Assembly (NCBI GenBank): GCA_003990765.1
Contig: RBNJ01000233.1
Span: 1-35,903, forward strand
From: Jimgerdemannia flammicorona
Taxonomy: Eukaryota
Direction: 5' to 3'
DNA: 35,903 nt
Below the pieces are notes generated by a model. The model made no database searches. It worked only from the letters and a program-made list of their open reading frames with translations, and had not been told where the DNA came from. Both the position numbers and the translations under genes were made by a program. Within the stretch, counting starts at the first letter, position 1, and each line of letters opens with the position of its first letter. This document shows, one piece after another, positions 1 through 9,676 of the stretch.

Positions 1-3000
1 AAAGAAAAGCCAAAGAAAATGATCAGCCCCCAGAGCTTCAAGCTGACAGTGACGATGAGGAGGAACAAGAATCAGACATCACTCTCAAGGTCAAGAAGTT
101 TTACCCTGAAGCCAAGATCCCAGAATACAAGACTGAAGGAGCCATAGGAATGGACCTTGCCAGCATTCAAGATGCTACTCTTGAACCACAGACCACCACC
201 CTACTTGGCACTGGAATTGGAGTCAAGCTGCCAAAAAACCATGCTAGAATTATCAAGACCAGGAGCAGTCTGGCCAAAAGCGAAATCTCAGTTGAAGGAG
301 GAGTAATTGACTCTGATTATACTGGCGAGATCTTCCTCATAGTCAGAAATCACAACCACACCACCCCCTTCAAAGTCAAGAAGCATGACAGGATTGGCCA
401 GATGCTGATCCACGAAGTCAAGAAGCCAAAGATCATAGAAGCCATTGAACTCATCAAGACCAAGAGAGGAGAACAAGGCTTTGGATCTACTAGAAGAGGA
501 GCCTATGCCACTACTAAGATTATCAAACCTGAGCACAAGAAAGACAAGGACCAGAATAAGTACACATATACTATTGGAGAAAACTTTCCCCTGAAGGAAC
601 AACTTCTCAAGATCCTGTACCAGAATGAAGAAGTACTTGCTACAGACTTTAGGGATATCTACAATCAAGAACCCAAGTACTACCATAAAGTTGACACTGG
701 TGATATCAAGCCTATCTACCAGAAAGTCAGACCTATACCACCTGCCTACAGAGAGTGGCTGCGAGCAGAACTCAAAGAAATAAAAGAAGCTGGAATCATT
801 AAGCAAGCTATTAGCCCCTGGGTCTCACCCATTGTCCTAGTCCTGAAGAAAGGAAGCAAGCCTGGAGAGTTTGTGCTAAGACTCTGCATTGATTACAGGA
901 AACTTAATACCATCACCAAGAAGGATAGGCAGCCCTTGCCAAATATTCAAGAAATCCTTATCACCCTTGGAAGTAAAGCCAAATACTACACCACCTTGGA
1001 TCTGTTCTCAGGCTTCCATCAGATTAGTCTCACTTAAGATGCCAGTGAGAAATCAGCCTTCATCACATCTGATACCACCTATATCTATCTGTGAATGCCA
1101 TTTGGAATGTGCAATGCCCCAGTAAGTTTCCAGCAAATGATGAATAGAGTCTTCAGTAACGAGATTGGAAAATGGCTCTTTGTCTATGTTAATGATGTGA
1201 TCATCTTCAGCAACACTGCATGGGAACATGTCAATCACATACAGCTAGCCCTCAAGAGGCTCAAGGAGCATGGCCTCTATATCAAGCTCAAGAAATGCAA
1301 GTTTGCAGCTCAAGAAATTGCCTACCTAGGACACCTCATCAATCAGACTGGAATCCATACAGACCCCATGAAGATCAAGGCTGTTGCAGCCTACCCAAGA
1401 CCCAGAATAACTACAGAAGTCCACACCTTCCTTGGACTGACCAGCTACTACAGAAGATTCATCAAAGGATACTCCAACATTGCAGCACCTATCTATGAGC
1501 TACTGAAGAAGGAGACCAAATTTGAATAGACCAAGGAGGGCCAAGAAACCTTCAATAAACTCAAGACCAGGTTGATCCAAGCACCCATTCTCCGAAGACC
1601 AGACTGGAACCTAGAATTCATCCTGCAGACAGATGCGAGTGCTATAGGACTTGGAGCAGTCCTAGCTCAGAAGCAAGATGGACATGAATATGTCATCTCT
1701 TATGCAAGCTGAGGTACACATAAAGCAGAACAGAACTACAAGTTATGTAAGCTTGAATACATAGCAGTAGTTTGGGCAGTAGATAAGTTCCACTACTATC
1801 TAGCTGGGAAACACTTTACCATTCAAACAGACCATTCTGCTCTTGCTTAGCTATTCCACACTCTGAACCCCAAAGGAATATATATCAGATGGATCCACAG
1901 GCTACAAGAGTATAACTGTACTGTCAAGCACCACTCAGGAAAGACCAACACCAATGCCAATGCACTCTCAAGGACATCCCAAAACACTCTATCAAGACTA
2001 TTCAACATGAATAAGGAGCTATACTATGGATTAATTAGCTATTTTGGGCAGTGGAAGATGCCCAACCACCTTGAACCCTGGACAATCACCATCACCAACC
2101 AGACTTAGAAACAGTTTGAATTAGACAACACCACACTCAGAAAAGGAGGAAAGCTAATAATACCTGAACACAAGAAGTATTAAGTAATGAAGGAAGTACA
2201 TGAGCAAGGATACTTAGGAGGAACCAATATATATAATAAGACAAGAAGAACTATATGGTGGCCCAAGATGGAAGAAGACCTGTGCCAATTTGTCAAAGAG
2301 TGTGACAAGTGCCAAAAACAGAAATAAGATTAGCAAGACCAGACACCTGAGTCATCAAGAATTGAGCCTATCCTCTTCCACCACATCACAATAGATATCA
2401 TTGGACCACTACCAGTAACACTATCAGGAAACCGCTATATTATAGTTATTGTAGACCTCTTCACCAAATAGATAGAGGTAGGAGTATTACAAGAAGCCAA
2501 TGCTCTCTCTATAGCTGACTTCCTATACCGAGAAATCATCTGCCGCTACAAGACACTAAAGTAAATCATAACAGACCATGGAATGGAATTTGTTAATGGA
2601 TTCTATAAGATAATGTATCAGAAATACAAGATCCAGCATATCAAGACCACCACATACCACCCTCAAGGAAATGGACAGACAGAGAGAACCAACAAGACTC
2701 TCAAGAACATCCTAGTGAAGATCTCAGAGATATATGAGAATTGGGATAACTATCTCCCAACTGCCCTCTCTGTCCTATGAGACATATAGTCACAGAGTAC
2801 ACATTTTACCCCAAGAGAGCTGCTCTTTGGAGAAGAAGATTCTGATAGAACCTCAGCCACAAATCTAGACCTAACTTGGAGATAGGTTGATGCAGAAATC
2901 CAGAGACTACACCAAATCAGGAAGAAGGCTGAAGATTACATCACCAAGTTATAAGCACTGACAAGGAAGAATGCAGAAAAGAATCACAAGGCCCTAGAAC

Positions 3001-3254
3001 CCATCTGAATTGGAGAAAAGGTTCTACTGTATTGAAATATGGTAGAAGCCTCATGGTCATGAAAACTGGAGCCCAAATAGGAAGGACCCTTCTATGTGCA
3101 AGATATCAAGAGAACTACCTTCTGGCTTAGAAAAATCTCAGAGACCATACTGCCTACTATGGTACATAGGAACAGACTCAAGAAGTACTACAAACTTATA
3201 TAAGAGAAGCAAAATATGATGACTGCCCATGAGGTTCTAGTCTGCGAATCATAA
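1..3254 (+). pseudogene. pol: pol polyprotein of element A (dUTPase, RT, RNase H, integrase), with in-frame stops
   Basis: RT motifs SPWVSPIVLV.KK, RLCIDYRKLN, LDLFSGFHQI, MPFGMCNAP and YVND (decayed YxDD, 1185-1196). RNase H LQTDASAIGLGAVLAQ and TDHSAL. Integrase zinc finger ending in CDKC, YHPQGNGQTERTNKTLK, and GPF motif. Stop TAA at 3252-3254. Confidence 0.93.
90..495 (+). CDS. dut: dUTPase domain of element A pol (within ORF 150..1037)
   Basis: All five trimeric dUTPase motifs are recognisable: AIGMDL, RSSLA, GGVIDSDYTGEI, RIGQML, RGEQGFGST. Confidence 0.93.
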
Positions 3255-3557
3255 CAGCATGTCTTGTGACCAGCAGGCTATCTGTCTGGACCATTCTCTA
3301 AGGGATACAGTACTGACAACTACTCATCTGTGAGACTTTCAAAGTCAGAGGAGTTCATACCATCAACTGATTGGTCAAGATCAGAATCAGGCCCTTGCTC
3401 TATATGAAGGGAGCAATTCTTCACCATCATGCCAAAATACAAAGGGAAGACACCAGCTCATAAACACCACTTTTTGACCCCTTGCCTGAGGTTATGGGAC
3501 CAGCAAATTTTTCAGGACTAGACCAATGAATAAGGATACTCAAGAAGATCCTTATTC

Positions 3558-3567
3558 AAGAGGAAGA
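3558..3567 (+). promoter_or_regulatory. Polypurine tract of element A
   Basis: AAGAGGAAGA directly abuts the LTR start TGTAAT at 3568. Confidence 0.8.
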
Positions 3568-5101
3568 TGTAATAGTGACCCCAGAATGATAACATCAGCA
3601 CAGGAGACAGCCTTTCCTTACAAGCCACCAGATCAGAGCACAAGAAGATCATATGGCATACAAGATAAGCAATGATGACCAACTGTGAGTCATTGTGACC
3701 ACAGTACAAGCATTCTGAAGAATATAAAAGAAGGATCAAGGAACTGCAGTAGCAGCAACCACCAATCCCAAAATAACTCAAAGACTTACCACAAACGAAA
3801 TACCTACTGCCCGCCAAACCTCAAGGTCAAGGAACTATCAAGGTACCTTAGTTGAAGAAAGGATGTTCTAAGACATCAGAAGAGCCATGGAGACCCACTC
3901 AAGAAGGACTCCCAGTGTCAACCTGAGTACTGCAGATTCCTATCACTTTATCCTCTACTGCCATGAAATGGAAACAAGGATCACTATTGCTACCAAATGT
4001 CTCCAAATGTGGTAGGAGTATGAAATAGGAAACCTTCTCTGCTGGGAGTTCTCACAGGCCAGCACCCAAGAGCTACAAGATGCCACTTCCATGGATATAT
4101 ACGAAACAAGGACAGCTAAGAAGATCCATCAGATCTTCAGGCATGCACCATAGTCAATCCCCAACTTGGAGTATGTTAGAGTCTCAGACTTCAGAGATCT
4201 GTCATCCCGCCATATCAATGTACTAGAAGCCAGGGTGGCTACGGAAGCCCAGTCTACTATCACCCTCAATAGTGATGAAGTAGAAGACTTCTAGCACCCC
4301 ATTCTTCAGGACAACCCAGACCAATTTCTGTAAGGATTGATCTCAGTATTCTAGGGCCTAAGTATCTGGATTAGATCTCCCCAAGACCCCACATTTGTCC
4401 CCTATTTTGTAGAAGAGAACCTCATAGACTAGAGAGCTCCAGATCTTGTTCCTGATTTCCCCACTACAGCCGAATGTGATGACATCATCGGTGATGATGT
4501 CATCCCATGTGACATCGAAGCACATGAAATGCACAACCTGCATGACGAATTCATAGACCTCATCTCCTTCAATGATGATGATGATGAGGATGAAGCCCCC
4601 ATGGTCCTGAACTTTCTGCTCTAAGTTCTTTGTTATACTGGATAATGCCAGCACTGATATTCTCATGTATCACTGGATAATACCAACACTAGTATTCTGA
4701 GGTGATGCGAAATTGTTCCAGCACCAGTATTTTGATGTGACACTAAATAATGCCAGCATCCTGAACCTGTACAACCATCAGTGCCAACCCTGAAACTTAG
4801 TAGTTTTAGTTATTGGAATTTATATTTAGCTTTATATCTTAGCAACTATTGAATTATATTTTGTATAAATACTCCTCTCATTTCCTTTGAAATAAAGTCA
4901 GTTCTGGTTTCACTTATACACACTTCCTTGCAAGCAATCTAAGAGATAACAAGACAGTTAAAGATAAGAAGTTTGAGGACTATAAGACCTTGAGAAGATA
5001 CTCCAATAAGAACTTACTTACAACAAACTTGAGTTAGTCTAAGAGATACATTTTGAAGAGAATCTGACATATTTGAAGGACTCAGTGACCACTATGTGAC
5101 A
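3568..5101 (+). repeat. 3' LTR of element A (1534 bp), contains an ORF
   Basis: TG...CA ends. Matches both LTRs of B. TATAAATA at 4864-4871 and AATAAA at 4891-4896. Confidence 0.93.
3800..4624 (+). pseudogene. LTR-encoded ORF (~274 aa), decayed copy
   Basis: Colinear with intact ORF 24545..25357. Start ATG mutated to ATA, several TAG/TAA stops from TGG/CAG/CAA, same end (LNFLL*). Confidence 0.85.
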
Positions 5102-6250
5102 GTATATAGCTTGTTCTTCAACAGCACTTCTAAAGTTCCAATAAGGGTATAGAATCCTATACATTCTTGAAAATTTAACAAGAATAGGTTAGTAAAGAAA
5201 ATCTCAAAAAAAAGATAATGAATATAGAGAATTTCAGAAAAAACTCTGGGGAACCTATTCTTTATCAATATTATAGTATACTCAATTCTCATCCAAACTC
5301 CCCCTCTTTGCTTTTTATACTCTCTCTTTCCTACTATCTGGTATTTGATACAATCCTTGCAAATCTTATTAATATAATAATAAAACTTATTACTATAGAC
5401 ATTTCTTACCCTATTACAATAACCTCTCTATATTCATTAATAATGATATGGTTCTCTTTGTCATTAAATACTCCAGCAGGCTAATGGACTCCTTGATTGA
5501 GAATAATTAGCTCCAATTTAAATTTAGACCCCCAAGTCTTGATAGTAATACTAATATTGCTCATGCTGAATAACTTGCTCTCAAACTTCTCTATTTCATC
5601 AGATGCTAAATATAGTTGAACTTGGGTAACTTTGAATTCTCCTCTATAGTGGAACTGAGTCTTGATCTGAGTAGTGGGCTGAGTTAAGATTATATATAAG
5701 TATTATATAGAAATTTTTAGGAGAGAATACATAAAAATGAAGTTAAATAAAATATAGAGTGAGTATTTAGAAATGAGTATAAGAATGAGTTACATGTAGA
5801 TGAGTTGTACAAGATTGCTCATAAAGGCTTACTTCTGATCCTTTTGAGATCTCTACCATGTGATATATTGACTCAATAGCTTAGCCACCAAAAGCATATC
5901 TCACAATATTCTCCAGTCTTTCTTCATCTTGACTAGATATTGTGAATAAAGTCAGCAGATCTTACTGTAGAGCTATAGACTCTAAAAAAAAGAAGAACAG
6001 CATGAAATAAACTTGGTCATATTATGGGAATTTAAATATAATAGTGAAAAGGCAATCTATATCTACTATTAGCTATTCTAAAAAGGATACTATATATATA
6101 GCTATGAGATTTATAAATTCCAAGATCTAAAGAGTTATTGTGAGTTGTTTCTGAAATTCTCCCTCATCCTCATTATTGCTATTACCATTACTATTGCTAT
6201 CACTATTGCTACTACCACTTTGGCTCTTAATGAGTAGCTTGTATACTACC
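5102..6250 (-). pseudogene. 5' exons of the hAT cargo gene in copy H1
   Basis: Homologous to the minus-strand cargo exons of H2. The upstream limit is approximate. Confidence 0.55.
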
Positions 6251-6631
6251 TATATGAGAAAGAATTTTATATTGTTAGCAGAGAGTACTTTTCTATCTTA
6301 AATATTCTCTCTTTTGATGATCATTAGGTAAAAAAATGAGTAGATCAATATATGATTAAGGGCTGCTATTTATTCATTCATGATATGGTAGAAGAAACAA
6401 AAATGAGCATTAGAGAATAAAGAAAGAGAGAATAAAGAAAGAAAGAATAAAGAAAGGGTAATATAACTAAAGATAAAGAAAGAGTGATATCACTAAAGAT
6501 TTCAAGTAATCTGGATTAAGTTGAATTAATCCAGATCAGATTATGGAACTAATCTGAGTTAATTTAAATCTATCACATAATGAATCTGAATTAAATCTTA
6601 TCTAGATAAATTGCATCTATTTAGAGCACTA
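5102..6631 (+). mobile_element. Right arm of hAT DNA transposon copy H1, interrupted by element A
   Basis: Homologous to ~15797-16846 joined to 25604-26151 of H2. Ends in TIR ...GCATCTATTTAGAGCACTA, preceded by ATC(C/T)(G/A)-rich subterminal repeats. Confidence 0.85.
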
Positions 6632-7059
6632 ACTTGACTATTTTAACCCCTTCTTTGAACTTCTATTTCTTTATAATAATATAATAATAAATATATATTA
6701 ATATATAGAATATAGTAACATCTTGACTTCAAAGTTATAGAGAGCTTTTTTTTTTAATTTTATTAAATTTATAATAAGTAATAGCTGTTTGAGATATTAT
6801 ATAAAGATTTTGATTGTTTTTTTTTTTAACTTTAATTTCTCTATAATAGTAGTATAAAAAAATTATATGATAATATAATTTAATCTAAAAACTATCTAAC
6901 TTTAAGGCTATAGAGAATTTTTTCCAAAATAATAATCAGTATTGGTATAATTCTATTAATAAGAATTCAGTAGTGACTAGTCTCTATTGATGAGAATTTA
7001 GTAGTAATAAGCTTCCATTACTAATCTTTTATCAATAAGCCTCAATTGACAGTTATACA

Positions 7060-7320
7060 TATTATATTCCAGTAAAGTAGACAGAAGGATCAACAATGAT
7101 AATTTCTAGTAAAGTAGATAGGAGAATTGATGATAACAATTTCTAACAAACTAGGATAATAATGTTTTCTAATAAAAAAGAATGATAATTTCCAACAAAG
7201 TAGGTAGAGAAAGAATGACATTGATTTCTAACAAACTAGGTATATATAGATATATGGTAATTTCTTATAAAAGTGAGAGAATAGATAAATTTTCAGCAAA
7301 ACAGATAGAGGATAATTCTT
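7060..7320. repeat. Degenerate tandem repeat with core GATAATTTC(T/C)A(A/G)(C/T)AAA, unit roughly 25-40 bp
   Basis: About 7-8 recurrences of the core are visible by eye. Confidence 0.6.
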
Positions 7321-7605
7321 AGAAAGGATAGTTGATGAATAAAAATACTATAGACTTGATATATATTATATAGTAACTATAAACTAGCCAATAAGAATTG
7401 TGAAGATACAGATTTATGTCAAAAGAGATTATAGTTATGTGGCAAGAATATAGCTATATGATAAAAGAGATTACAGCTATTAGTATCTACTCTAAACTCA
7501 TTCATAAGCAACTCATGACCTCAACATTCTTATGTTCTATAGTATATATAGTTTAGTAGCATTTATTAATAAGTACTATATATAGCTATATAAGGCTATT
7601 AGTAT

Positions 7606-8542
7606 TGTAATAAGTAGTAGAATTATACTACTAAAATTATAAATTAGCTATATATCATATCTAATGTACCATGTAACTAAGACTGCTTTACTGTACCAAT
7701 CTGTATAATTAGTCAGAAATATCAGAAACAGTATGTTTACCTATTTCTGAACCAGTACACCATACTGGCCCAGTATACTATACTAGTCTAGGAATATTGT
7801 ACTAGTCCAGTATACTGTACCATTCAGAAATACTTACTATAGATAGTTATCTATAATTAGCCATAAAGCAATCAGATAGTAACTACTACTATATAAAATA
7901 TCCTAGAGATAAGAGTAAATAAATCTCAGTCTGAAAAGTTAAAGTACAAATCAAAGAAGTTACTAAAAATTGTGAGCATTAGTTCTCTTTTCTCTACTCT
8001 AGTCCACTTTCTAATATAAAGCTTAGAGATTTGCTATCATGTTCAAGTGAAGAACTTCACTATCTTTTGAAGAGAAATTCTTAGTCTACTTATCAGATAA
8101 GCCTGAAGTCTCTCTTGCTACAAAGTCAGTCTTTTGATATAACTTCACAGTCTACTTTCTAATATAAAGCTTAGATATTTGCTGCTAAGTTTAAGTAAAG
8201 AACTTCACTATCTTTTGAAGAGAAATTCTTAGTCTACTTGCTAGATAAGCCTGAAGTCCCTCTTGCTACAAAGTTAGTCTTTTGATATAACTTCACAGTA
8301 AACTTATTTGTATAAATAAAGGTAGTCTTGATATAACTTTGCCAAGAAAAGAATTCAAGTTATTATTCAAGAAGTCTACCATTCTCAGAGAGCCTGTCTT
8401 AAAAAATCTTGTCATAAGCCAGTCTTCTAATACAACTTTATAGTAGAGCCAGTTCTTGATATAACTCTATGTAAATAAAGCCAGTCTTTGATATAACTTG
8501 CCAGAAATTCCCATATCATCTGAGTTATTTAAGTTATCTAAA
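7606..8542 (+). repeat. 5' LTR of element D, left part
   Basis: TGTAAT start preceded by GTAT. TATAAAA at 7892 and AATAAA at 7918 in the same context as the other LTRs. GAGTTAT-type repeats continue on the far side of H2. Confidence 0.75.
8001..8299. repeat. 148-bp tandem duplication within the D LTR
   Basis: AGTC(C/T)ACTTTCTAATATAAAGCTTAGA starts at 8001 and again at 8149. Shorter AGCCAGTCTT..GATATAACTT repeats continue to ~8500. Confidence 0.9.
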
Positions 8543-8639
8543 TAATACTCTAAACAAGTCAATTCAAATTAAATATAGATTTGATTTATCATATGATAGT
8601 TTAACCCAAATCTCAAATCTAAAACAATCTAAATCAACT

Positions 8640-8880
8640 TGAATTAATCCAAATTACTCCATCTGACTCACTTTATCTAAATTACTCTATCTGAACTACT
8701 CTATCTGAACTACTCAATCCAAACCACTTAATCTGAATTACTCAATCCAAACTACTCAATCTGAATCACTCAATCCAAACCACTCAATCTGAACTACTCA
8801 ATCCAAACCACTCAATCCAAATCATCCCATTCAAATTATCCAATCCAAATTCTTTAATCCAAATCCTTCAATCTAAATCC
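8640..8880. repeat. 14-bp subterminal tandem repeats of hAT H2
   Basis: Unit ACTCAATC(CA/TG)AAC(C/T) occurs more than 10 times. The CA/TG alternation implies an ancestral CG. Confidence 0.85.
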
Positions 8881-8902
8881 TCTACATGACTTATATACTG
8901 GG

Positions 8903-8980
8903 TATATATATATATATAAATATATATATATAAACACATATATATGTAAATATATATACAAAAATATACAAATATACATA
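8903..8980. repeat. (TA)n-rich microsatellite
   Basis: Imperfect TA runs seen directly. Confidence 0.8.
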
Positions 8981-9676
8981 TTGACAGATCAGTCTTCAAT
9001 AGTTCATAGTACTGATAATGCTTCAAATTAAACATCCTTAATTATTTTATACTTTCTATATAATCCTTACTCTAAAATCTGGTAATATTATACTAAGATT
9101 GAAGATAATGTTATTTATAATTATTATAGATAAAAAAATTAAAAAAAAGAAGATGTATTTATAATACAACTGATGTTTTTATTTGATATATACATGATGT
9201 TGTTTCTACTAACTCCTTTATATTATACAGCCAGAAGTTCAAAATACTTGATAGATCAACTTCAAATATATATTGATATATAAAAGACAAATACTTTAAC
9301 AAAATAAAAAAAAAACTTAAAAACAAATAAAATCAATATCCAAGCTATAGTGGGTATATTTATCTAATTGTCTGACTATTTTTATATCGATAATTCTATT
9401 TTATCAAAAATATTTAGCTATATTCTTTAGTAGAATTTCAAAATTAACTTATTTGATAAATTATATATATAGACTAATCATTCATAACCATCAAGAGTAA
9501 CTGATTGTAGGTCTTCTCAAGTATGATTTATATCTGCCAAGTACTAACACTATTCACAAAGATGTCCTAGAGATCTATAGAAAGGGGTATGATAATCTTT
9601 GTCAGATACTTTAGGTAAAATAAATAAATAAGAATAATACTGTAATCATTGTAAGCTGAATTATATATATATATAT

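Larger units (their letters stand above)
1..5101 (+). mobile_element. Ty3/Gypsy LTR retrotransposon copy A (5' part outside the window), dUTPase-bearing
   Basis: Domain order dUTPase-RT-RNaseH-integrase, PPT at 3558-3567, then an LTR ending TGTGACA at 5101. Colinear with the reverse complement of element B. Confidence 0.95.

Noticed and set aside
288..806. Hydrophobic antisense and alternate-frame ORFs over pol (also 21046..21651, 22884..23354, 1220..1498, 20437..20715)
   Set aside because: These are shadows of codon bias. Their recurrence in A and B reflects shared ancestry only.
8640..8880. Short regular repeats (also 7060-7320 and 10910-11230) as CRISPR arrays
   Set aside because: They are head-to-tail degenerate units without unique spacers, with no cas genes, in a eukaryotic transposon context.
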